Shown: piece after piece, positions 17,235 through 23,767 of the stretch
Layout: the number at the start of each line of letters is the position of its first letter
How positions within the stretch are numbered: position 1 is the first letter of the stretch
Sequence record: OQ357823.1
Length of the DNA: 43,449 bases
Source: Escherichia phage CY1_Cui-2023
Reading direction: 5' to 3' (one strand)
Made by a program: the position numbers and the translations under genes
The notes under the pieces: model-generated
The model's input: only the letters and a program-made list of their open reading frames with translations
Told to the model about the DNA's origin: nothing
The model's database searches: none

Positions 17235-17789
17235 ATGAAAAAGTTAATCATCCTTAATGGACCCCCAGGTGCTGGAAAAGATACAGTTGCAGATATCATT
17301 GTTAAACTTGGAATTTGCAAGGATAAGGTTTCTTTCAAATCACCTATGTTTAATGTGGCTAAGAGCATGCTATCAAGCGATGAGTTTGATGGATTTATTA
17401 AGAATTACGATGATCGAGAGTACAAAGAATCACCACATGAATTTCTTGGTGGAATGACTGTTCGTCAATTTATGATTTGGATTAGCGAATCAGTGATGAA
17501 GCCAGTTTTTGGTGATGAGGTTTTCGGTAAAAGGCTAGCTCAGTCTCTTGGCAATGGTTGCCACATCTGTTCAGATGGTGGATTTGCAAGTGAAATTGAG
17601 CCACTAATTGAAAGTGGTGTTGAGGTTACATTGGTTAGGCTTCATAGACCTGGTTACACTTTCGAAGGAGATAGTAGGTCATACATTAGCGGCCTCTGCG
17701 CAAGGGAAATTGATATTGATGTTATTGAAGGTGATATTAAAATAACTACAGAAAAAGTGATTGATGCAATAAATAGCACGAATCGCTAA
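17235..17789 (+). CDS. deoxynucleoside monophosphate kinase (T4 gp1-like P-loop kinase)
   Basis: N-terminus KKLIILNGPPGAGKDTVADII and internal VTLVRLHRPG parallel T4 dNMP kinase. Confidence 0.6.
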   Translation: MKKLIILNGPPGAGKDTVADIIVKLGICKDKVSFKSPMFNVAKSMLSSDEFDGFIKNYDDREYKESPHEFLGGMTVRQFMIWISESVMKPVFGDEVFGKRLAQSLGNGCHICSDGGFASEIEPLIESGVEVTLVRLHRPGYTFEGDSRSYISGLCAREIDIDVIEGDIKITTEKVIDAINSTNR

Positions 17790-17816
17790 ACAATCGCCAC
17801 AGCAATTAGGTATAAT
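17774..17816 (+). promoter_or_regulatory. dyad-operator promoter (TAGCA-cgaat-CGCTA) with consensus -10 TATAAT
   Basis: Dyad 17774-17788 lies inside the last codons (NSTNR-stop) of the kinase gene; TATAAT at 17811-17816; leader AATCGAAAACAACAGAGG. Confidence 0.55.
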
Positions 17817-17847
17817 CACCAAATCGAAAACAACAGAGGATTCAAAA

Positions 17848-18021
17848 ATGACTAAACTATACTGCGTGAAAAACAACTCAAAGACGCTTCCGTTTACTGA
17901 GAATCAGCCATACAGCGGCGAGCATCTTGGTAGCGGTTACTACAAGATTTATGGCGACGATATGACTCACATCCTTGCGCCGATTGATGGCTCTTTGGTG
18001 GAATTTATTATCGCAGATTAA
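17848..18021 (+). CDS. hypothetical small protein, 57 aa (below ORF-track cutoff)
   Basis: ATG 17848 with SD AGAGGA; translation MTKLYCVKNNSKTLPFTENQPYSGEHLGSGYYKIYGDDMTHILAPIDGSLVEFIIAD. Confidence 0.4.
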   Translation: MTKLYCVKNNSKTLPFTENQPYSGEHLGSGYYKIYGDDMTHILAPIDGSLVEFIIAD

Positions 18022-18047
18022 CACATCAAAAACATAGTTTTACAAGT

Positions 18048-18073
18048 GGGGGGCCTTTTGGCTCCCCTTTTTT
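18048..18073 (+). terminator. intrinsic terminator ahead of the lysis cassette
   Basis: GGGGGGCC-TTTT-GGCTCCCC hairpin followed by TTTTTT. Confidence 0.7.
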
Positions 18074-18077
18074 GTGC

Positions 18078-18106
18078 TTACAATCCGAACTGGCCTACTG
18101 TATTAT
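18078..18106 (+). promoter_or_regulatory. sigma70-type promoter for the lysis cassette
   Basis: TTACAA (18078-18083), 17-nt spacer, TATTAT (18101-18106), about 45 nt upstream of holin ATG. Confidence 0.45.
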
Positions 18107-18149
18107 ATTTACACTATCTATTGACAAATTAGGATTTAAAGGTGATCAC

Positions 18150-18365
18150 ATGAGGGAAGTACTTAACGCCGCCACGGCATCAACTGGCGGGGCTGCTGTA
18201 ACTGGCGCCGCAACTGGTCAAATCACAGTCGCAATAATCAGCCTTGTAGCTCTTATCGTTTTTGGGTTATGGGGGTCTTACTGGAAGTTTAAGGATAGCC
18301 AGGCGATTCGACGAGCACTTGAATCAGGAGACTTAAAAACAGCAATCAAGATAAGGAGTAAGTAA
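18150..18365 (+). CDS. holin (single-TMD, pinholin-like), 71 aa
   Basis: AGGTGA SD before ATG 18150; hydrophobic helix ITVAIISLVALIVFGLWG then charged C-terminus; immediately upstream of endolysin. Track ORF starts earlier at a non-ATG codon. Confidence 0.55.
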   Translation: MREVLNAATASTGGAAVTGAATGQITVAIISLVALIVFGLWGSYWKFKDSQAIRRALESGDLKTAIKIRSK

Positions 18366-18850
18366 TGAAGCAAAGGCTGATAATTAGTGCAGCGACGGCA
18401 GCGGCAATATACATCGCAGCGCCGGTTATTGAGCTTGTTGAGGGTGTAGAGTACAGGCCATATATGGATATTGCTGGCATACCTACGGTTTGTTCTGGTG
18501 TGACTGGCCCAGATGTTATTGTTGGTAAAGTATACAGCGCAAGGGAGTGCCGTAACTTGCTGGAGAGGCACATTAAGATTCATGGTAAGTATGTGCAGGA
18601 TGCAGTTACCTATCCAATTTCACCAGAAACAAGGGCGGCGTTAATCAGCTTTAGTTATAACGTTGGCGGTTCTGCAATGAGGAAGTCAACGGCTGTACGG
18701 CTGATTAACCAGGGTAAAGTTGAGCAGGGTTGCAAGGCTCTCGGGATGTGGAACAAGGCTCGAATAAATGGCAAGCTGAAGGTAGTCAAGGGTCTCGTAA
18801 ACAGGCGTAACGAGGAGATTAAATTGTGCTTAAGCGGGGTTGGTAAATGA
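18365..18850 (+). CDS. SAR endolysin (GH24 lysozyme)
   Basis: N-terminal weakly hydrophobic signal-anchor (LIISAATAAAIYIAAPVIELV) then E-x8-D-x5-T (EGVEYRPYMDIAGIPT) catalytic pattern of T4/P1-type lysozymes. Confidence 0.75.
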   Translation: MKQRLIISAATAAAIYIAAPVIELVEGVEYRPYMDIAGIPTVCSGVTGPDVIVGKVYSARECRNLLERHIKIHGKYVQDAVTYPISPETRAALISFSYNVGGSAMRKSTAVRLINQGKVEQGCKALGMWNKARINGKLKVVKGLVNRRNEEIKLCLSGVGK

Positions 18851-19233
18851 AGACTGTATTAATTGCTGCGGCAATTCTTCTTTCTGGTTGTTCGGCAACA
18901 TCAGCACTGACCGGATTGATTGGCAGTAAGCCAGAGATTAGCGCCCAGGCTGGAGCGGAGAACAATAAGGTTGGCGTAGGTCTGACAAACAAGGTTGATT
19001 CAAGTTCCAATGCAAAGGCTGAGTTGAAGAACTCTAATGTTGACACTCTTGATAGCTCAAGCGGTAAGAAGACTTCTGATAACTCAATCAAAGCGTCAAC
19101 AATCACAGCTGAGAAGATTGAAATCACAAACAATGATTCTTCTGCAATCCCGTGGGTTGGAAGTGGAATTATGTTGTGCATCATCATCATTCTGCTTTTG
19201 GTAATATTCAGGAAAAACAAAAAAGCCCCGTAA
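18847..19233 (+). CDS. unimolecular spanin (T1 gp11-like)
   Basis: N-terminal lipoprotein signal with lipobox LLSGC and C-terminal transmembrane helix (IMLCIIIILLLVIF) in one polypeptide; ATGA overlap with endolysin. Confidence 0.7.
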   Translation: MKTVLIAAAILLSGCSATSALTGLIGSKPEISAQAGAENNKVGVGLTNKVDSSSNAKAELKNSNVDTLDSSSGKKTSDNSIKASTITAEKIEITNNDSSAIPWVGSGIMLCIIIILLLVIFRKNKKAP

Positions 19234-19248
19234 TGGGGCTATTTTTAT
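19224..19248. terminator. bidirectional terminator after lysis cassette
   Basis: AGCCCC-GTAAT-GGGGCT hairpin with T-runs on both strands. Confidence 0.65.
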
Positions 19249-19580
19249 GCAAACAATTCTTCGTCACTCATGGTTGCTATATTCATCATCTCATTAACAT
19301 AAGCACTAGACTTACCTTCAAGGCTCATAAACTCAAACTGGAATGGCCTCTTGCCTGAACCCTTTGACCAGTACACGCCATTAACTCCATCAAGATAACC
19401 AGCCGTAAGCATTCTCGCCATAAACTCCTTCGAGCAACTAGATGCAAAATACCTTTCATCAACTCCAGCGGCCTTAGCCATCCTTGCACAATCCTTGTGC
19501 TTGTAGATGAATCTTGCCAGGTGCTGGCGGTTGAAGTTCCTGTATCCTTCGCAGAACTTGTATACGTCGAGTAGAAACAT
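19245..19580 (-). CDS. hypothetical protein, 111 aa
   Basis: ORF with GGGGTGA SD; immediately downstream of the 527-aa gene on the minus strand. Confidence 0.5.
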   Translation of the reverse strand: MFLLDVYKFCEGYRNFNRQHLARFIYKHKDCARMAKAAGVDERYFASSCSKEFMARMLTAGYLDGVNGVYWSKGSGKRPFQFEFMSLEGKSSAYVNEMMNIATMSDEELFA

Positions 19581-19583
19581 CTA

Positions 19584-21167
19584 TCACCCCAACAATCGCG
19601 GATTAATGTAAATCTTATCACCAATCAGGCATGTATAGTTTTTCTCATCAAGCATAGGAACCAAGTGGTCCTTGATGCGAGTCATTACGCCAGCCTGTCC
19701 TTCAAAAGGTTTAACTTTGCGTGCTGCTTCATACAGTGAGCGAACGCCAACAACACCCTTCCCATTCTTACCTTGCTTAATCAGGATATCAACCAGCTTA
19801 TTCATTTCAGCATTATCACCAGCATGACCAGCAGCACTAGCGGACGACAAATAAGTCTTGCTTAACTCGTGGAAAATCATAACCGCTTCTTGCATTGTTT
19901 CAAGCTCAATCTCTCTTGATTTCTGCGGACTCGACCCTGCCGGTGCGAACCAGTTGCGAATAACGTGCAATACTGAGGCAATACGGATTGCTTGCTTATC
20001 AAATTTACCAAGAGCACCACGTAACATCGTGTGGGAATATTTACCGCCATCACCAAGATGCGGTTCCATTTCCTGGCGAGCTCGGTTAAGGTAGCGCATG
20101 GATGACGCACTTACTGTCAGTTTCACTTCAACTTCATTCATAATTTCATGAACGAGACGGAAATAGTCTGCTTTAAGACCATCATCAATAGCCTCGTATG
20201 TTGAATCGCCATTCTCATCAACAAACACGCGGTCTCCAAGAAATGACTTTTCACGCACCAGAAGGAAACGCTCGGAAACACCAATACCACGCGCACCAGC
20301 ATTCATAATCGCATTGATTGTTTCATCCTGAGCAATTACAGAGATGCACCCCATTGCCACGAAACTCATGTTGTTTTCTGCGTTAGCGCGGGCAATAGAT
20401 ACGTTACCAGCATCCCACGCTTTAAGTACAAGCTCGCTGTTCGTTTTCTTGGAACCATCACCGTATGTCATGCCCAATAATGAGTTGACGCTTGTTGCCT
20501 CATCCGAGATGACCGCAAAGTTACCCTGGCGGTTGTTGATTCGTGCAAGACCTTCTGGCGTAGTATCTGAGACCGGGAATACGATATCGCACAGCTTCTC
20601 GAGCTTTTCCTCTAAATCTTCCTTCTCCTCAAACAGTGAAGCCATCTCAGATGGTGACTTCTCCTGTTTCATTTCTTTTGCTAGCGCAGACAGCTTAGCC
20701 ATAATCTTTTTGCGGTCACGTTTACGCACCTCGTTCAAACGCTCAGTCTCAGCAATCATTGGCGCAATTGACAGAGAGTTAATGGCTGACTTACCAGTAG
20801 ATGGCGGCTGGCTAGTTACCACGTAAAGCGATGTTGGCTGCTGGGTTCCGTGATACTCAACAGTAAAGCGCCCTAGCATCGCAGCGGACACACAACCCAA
20901 AAAGTGCATGTATGCTGATGACTCTGGGAACTGAACTGAGCGAGCAATATTTGCCGAGAGCTTACCAACAACATCAATGTCATTGCCTAGAGATATTACA
21001 GGGTACTTGTCATTACCTGCGTCAATCTCCACAGGTGTTTTCCAGAATGATTGAGACTGCCGATAGCCATTTGCATTAATGGCCACGCGAAGCGGTGGGA
21101 GGTTGTCGGTCGCGGCAATCGCCATAACTTGTTCAACAGATAGTTTATCTTCGTTGAAATCAAACAT
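19584..21167 (-). CDS. large P-loop-containing protein of unknown function (possibly DUF3987-like), 527 aa
   Basis: Long ORF with SD ACGGAGAG; deviant Walker A-like TSQPPSTGKS and Walker B-like AVISDEAT; N- and C-terminal segments are homologous to the 160-aa ORF at 23768-24250. Confidence 0.55.
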   Translation of the reverse strand: MFDFNEDKLSVEQVMAIAATDNLPPLRVAINANGYRQSQSFWKTPVEIDAGNDKYPVISLGNDIDVVGKLSANIARSVQFPESSAYMHFLGCVSAAMLGRFTVEYHGTQQPTSLYVVTSQPPSTGKSAINSLSIAPMIAETERLNEVRKRDRKKIMAKLSALAKEMKQEKSPSEMASLFEEKEDLEEKLEKLCDIVFPVSDTTPEGLARINNRQGNFAVISDEATSVNSLLGMTYGDGSKKTNSELVLKAWDAGNVSIARANAENNMSFVAMGCISVIAQDETINAIMNAGARGIGVSERFLLVREKSFLGDRVFVDENGDSTYEAIDDGLKADYFRLVHEIMNEVEVKLTVSASSMRYLNRARQEMEPHLGDGGKYSHTMLRGALGKFDKQAIRIASVLHVIRNWFAPAGSSPQKSREIELETMQEAVMIFHELSKTYLSSASAAGHAGDNAEMNKLVDILIKQGKNGKGVVGVRSLYEAARKVKPFEGQAGVMTRIKDHLVPMLDEKNYTCLIGDKIYINPRLLG

Positions 21168-21197
21168 TACTTCTCTCCGTATTGTTTCTGAGCGGCC

Positions 21198-21240
21198 ATT
21201 ATATCAACAGCCGCTTATAATGCATTATCAATTCGTGCTG
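21198..21240 (-). promoter_or_regulatory. dyad-operator promoter variant (CAGCA-cgaat-TGATA) with consensus -10 TATAAT, for the 527-aa gene
   Basis: Dyad 21226-21240 on minus strand; TATAAT (reverse complement of 21198-21203) exactly 30 bp downstream. Confidence 0.5.
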
Positions 21241-21594
21241 CTATTTGTAAGATGATTCAAATAGGTAAGTCTGGCAAAGAGTGTAGAAACCAACATCTTC
21301 GCTTCGATATAGCTGCCATGCATTACCATCTTCGTCGTAAATGTAACCAGCAGACTGACCCATCCCGCTATGCATTAGCACCTGGTATCTCTTTCCTTCT
21401 TTGAAATCCTTCTTAACGCCAGATTTGTGGTTAACATGTGTCACGTAAAGCGTTCTGGTCTTAATGTATTTACCACGTTCTTCCAGATTAACCCATTTGC
21501 CATCTTTCTTGATTTGCTCGACACCATCTTTAACGCGAGCTTTAAACAGTTGGTTGTCTTTGCTAATGAAATTTTTAGTTATGGTAGTAGTCAT
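21241..21594 (-). CDS. hypothetical protein, 117 aa
   Basis: ORF; ATG overlaps the stop of the upstream small ORF. Confidence 0.5.
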   Translation of the reverse strand: MTTTITKNFISKDNQLFKARVKDGVEQIKKDGKWVNLEERGKYIKTRTLYVTHVNHKSGVKKDFKEGKRYQVLMHSGMGQSAGYIYDEDGNAWQLYRSEDVGFYTLCQTYLFESSYK

Positions 21595-21758
21595 TATTCA
21601 GCCCTCTCTTTTGTAGTCCACATGAATTTGTTTGGTACTGATTTGCGCACGATACGCACAACAATCTTATCAACTTTCTGAACTAAACCGTAAATCTTTC
21701 CATCAAGCGAGGCCCTGAAAACTGCCTCTTCCATCGCGTCGTAAAAGTTGTCAAACAT
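21594..21758 (-). CDS. hypothetical small protein, 54 aa (below ORF-track cutoff)
   Basis: ATG at 21758, TAA at 21594-21596 overlapping the next ATG; translation MFDNFYDAMEEAVFRASLDGKIYGLVQKVDKIVVRIVRKSVPNKFMWTTKERAE. Confidence 0.4.
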   Translation of the reverse strand: MFDNFYDAMEEAVFRASLDGKIYGLVQKVDKIVVRIVRKSVPNKFMWTTKERAE

Positions 21759-21790
21759 GATTACTTGTTCTCTTTCGTTTCGATGAGGAA

Positions 21791-21833
21791 ACTATACAAC
21801 AAAAGCCCCGAAGGGCTTTAGCAATTCGTGCTA
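21791..21833 (-). promoter_or_regulatory. dyad-operator promoter (TAGCA-cgaat-TGCTA) with -10 TATAGT and a terminator-like hairpin in the spacer
   Basis: Dyad 21819-21833; hairpin AGCCC-CGAA-GGGCT 21804-21817; TATAGT (reverse complement of 21791-21796); leader CATCGAAACGAAAGAGAAC before ATG 21758. Confidence 0.5.
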
Positions 21834-21979
21834 TTTCTCGCCTTCTCAATCGCCTTAAGCATAATCTCGTGAGATTCAAGCAAGTCCTCGTTGAACCATT
21901 CCCCGCAAGGCCAGCCCTTGCCGCTGTAAGAACTAATAACTTCCAGATCAAAATAGTTAATCTCAGATGGTAATAGCAT
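21818..21979 (-). CDS. hypothetical small protein, 53 aa (below ORF-track cutoff)
   Basis: ATG 21979 with SD AGGTGA; translation MLLPSEINYFDLEVISSYSGKGWPCGEWFNEDLLESHEIMLKAIEKARNSTNC; last four codons and stop lie inside the dyad operator. Confidence 0.4.
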   Translation of the reverse strand: MLLPSEINYFDLEVISSYSGKGWPCGEWFNEDLLESHEIMLKAIEKARNSTNC

Positions 21980-22182
21980 TATTCAATCACCTTAAAAGTT
22001 GCGATGCCTGGGATGACGACGTAATCAAGGCATTTAAGAGCCTGAAACGTGTCGTGATGCTTATGTGGACGCTCTCCGGTAACAAGGCACATGTCATCTT
22101 TGAAATCGGTAGCGTTGTATTCAGAGCCCTTATTGAACGCGTCGTTAAAGTCTTTAATGATATTGGTGCAAAGTAGTTTCAT
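21979..22182 (-). CDS. hypothetical protein, 67 aa
   Basis: ORF in a leftward string of coupled small genes. Confidence 0.45.
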   Translation of the reverse strand: MKLLCTNIIKDFNDAFNKGSEYNATDFKDDMCLVTGERPHKHHDTFQALKCLDYVVIPGIATFKVIE

Positions 22183-22183
22183 G

Positions 22184-22402
22184 CTAACCTTCTACTGTTT
22201 CAAAAATAAGCCTATTTTTAATTGCTGCAATGACACGTCCATCATCAATGTGGCAGTAAACTGGTTTGAAGTTGTCACCAACTACGTAACCATACATTTC
22301 ATCATAAATGTAATGCTTTCCGTTTCTAAATTCCCAGGTTCCATCATTAAGATTATTTAAGCACTTAACTTTCATCATCTCATTCCTTGCCAGGGTAAAC
22401 AT
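22184..22402 (-). CDS. hypothetical protein, 72 aa
   Basis: ORF in a leftward string of small genes. Confidence 0.45.
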   Translation of the reverse strand: MFTLARNEMMKVKCLNNLNDGTWEFRNGKHYIYDEMYGYVVGDNFKPVYCHIDDGRVIAAIKNRLIFETVEG

Positions 22403-22572
22403 TCGTCACAGCCCAAGCCATCACAACATAGATACTCATCATCTGACTGGAATTGCTTAGCGAGGTCAATATCAATCTTGCCGCGCAAAACCATATCGCT
22501 GTACATCTCGTTCAACCCAATCAGAGCGCATTCCTGCTTTAGCTGCTCATACGCTTCGTCTTTAAGTTTCAT
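22375..22572 (-). CDS. hypothetical Cys-rich small protein, 65 aa
   Basis: ORF ending with CCDGLGCDEC cluster (possible metal-binding); first gene after leftward promoter. Confidence 0.45.
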   Translation of the reverse strand: MKLKDEAYEQLKQECALIGLNEMYSDMVLRGKIDIDLAKQFQSDDEYLCCDGLGCDECLPWQGMR

Positions 22573-22599
22573 ATCTCTCTCCTCGTTGTTGATGGATTC

Positions 22600-22643
22600 A
22601 TTATGGTCCCGTCGCCAATGTTTGTCATTAGCAAAAAGTGCTA
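22600..22643 (-). promoter_or_regulatory. dyad-operator promoter (TAGCA-ctttt-TGCTA) with -10 CATAAT
   Basis: Dyad 22629-22643 on minus strand; CATAAT (reverse complement of 22600-22605); leader ATCAACAACGAGGAGAGAGAT before ATG 22572. Confidence 0.5.
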
Positions 22644-22660
22644 TTCGTTGGGTTTATGTA

Positions 22661-22757
22661 TTATTGCAGTTATTGCAATGATTCATCTCATTATTGCACA
22701 TATAGCAATATTGCATCTGATGCAATGATGTTTTTGATTGTTGCAGAATTTGCAATT
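22661..22757. repeat. array of at least 7 short TTGCA/TATTGCA iteron-like repeats
   Basis: TTATTGCA at 22661, 22670, 22691; ATATTGCA 22708; TGCAAT 22721; TTGCA 22741 and 22750; direct and inverted copies within about 100 bp. Confidence 0.6.
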
Positions 22758-22829
22758 ATTGATGTGATGGTGAATGAATGGTGGATGGACTACCATACAA
22801 GTTGATTTTTATTCTGGCCGAGCCATTTT

Positions 22830-23215
22830 GCCGCATACACGTAACCGGCGTAGCGCGATGTAAGCCAACCACTATCGTTACGCGAGTTACGCGAAGCTAC
22901 GCCTAGACTTACACTATAAGTACTTAATATATATATATATCTTCTTTCTATTATTATTATTATTATTATTATTATTGTATGTAAGTCATGTAACGGGTGT
23001 TCTTCTGCTATATATATGTTTTTTCCTATCAGAGTACATATCTGCAATTTTATGGAAGAAATAGCCAGTATTGGGCAACCCCACCCAATTTATGCGTTAC
23101 AGGCGTTACCACAAACTACATTTAGCTATAGCTTGGCTAGGATGCCATTTCGCGTAACCACACCTAAAAGTTACCAAAAATTACACTTGATTACGTGTGT
23201 AAGTCGATATATGAT
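22830..23215. repeat. AT-rich control region with CGTAAC/GTTACG clusters, (TA)7 and (ATT)9 microsatellites
   Basis: ACGTAACCGG, CGTTACGCGAGTTACGCGA at 22840-22890; (TA)7 22927-22940; (ATT)9 22950-22976; CATGTAAC 22988-22995; GCGTTACAGGCGTTACC, GCGTAACC, AGTTACC, ATTACGTG at 23093-23207. Confidence 0.6.
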
Positions 23216-23246
23216 GGATTCAACCTAAACGAGAGGAGTGATAAAC

Positions 23247-23726
23247 ATGAATGAGAAAGCAACATTGGGTCAAGTGATTCGCGAGATGGTAAAACAGGCT
23301 CTAAAATCTGAAGATAAGCAATTCAGCGTTTCACTAAGGAAAATTGAAAGCATTATTGGCAGTGAAGATGGTTCCATTAAGAAGCTTAAGAGCTCATACA
23401 TCTACAACACAACAGCTCGCATGCCTGAGTTGAGAGACGCAGGTCTGAAGGCGACTCACTACTATGATGAAGATAGCGGCAAAAGCCAATTCGGCGTGAC
23501 AGAGCTATCAGATGGCAAGAGGCTGGTTATCAAACTGATCCCTGGAACTGCCAACATTGGTATCAGGAAGAAGACCAATGACGCAATCAAGGTGGAGGCA
23601 ATAACTGAATTCAAGGCTAAGATATCGAAAGTCATGCCAGACCTATCGGAGTATGAAGGTGAAGCGCTCGCAGCAGCAATGAAAGCAATTAAAGATTATC
23701 GTTTGATTATTGAGGAGATTAAATAA
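23247..23726 (+). CDS. hypothetical protein, 159 aa
   Basis: ATG 23247 with strong SD GAGAGGAG; track start 23238 is GTG; first gene right of the control region. Confidence 0.5.
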   Translation: MNEKATLGQVIREMVKQALKSEDKQFSVSLRKIESIIGSEDGSIKKLKSSYIYNTTARMPELRDAGLKATHYYDEDSGKSQFGVTELSDGKRLVIKLIPGTANIGIRKKTNDAIKVEAITEFKAKISKVMPDLSEYEGEALAAAMKAIKDYRLIIEEIK

Positions 23727-23767
23727 TGTTTAACTTTAACGATGACAAACTAACAGCATAGCAGGTA

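Noticed and set aside
16637-17789. HAD phosphatase plus P-loop kinase as a split polynucleotide kinase-phosphatase (RNA repair) system
   Set aside because: The kinase N-terminus and internal motifs look like T4 dNMP kinase rather than Pnk, and no RNA ligase is present anywhere in the window
18121-18126. Perfect TTGACA hexamer as the -35 of the lysis promoter
   Set aside because: It lies only 24 nt before the holin ATG, leaving no room for a -10 and leader; the upstream TTACAA/TATTAT pair fits better
22661-22757. TTGCA repeat array as a CRISPR array
   Set aside because: Repeat units are only 6-8 bp with irregular spacing and no spacer-like unique segments; this fits iterons or binding sites, not CRISPR
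22790-23228. Track ORFs 22790-23047 (minus) and 23016-23228 (plus)
   Set aside because: Both are read through the (TA)n/(ATT)n microsatellites (poly-Ile run) and GTAAC clusters, with no SD and no coding character
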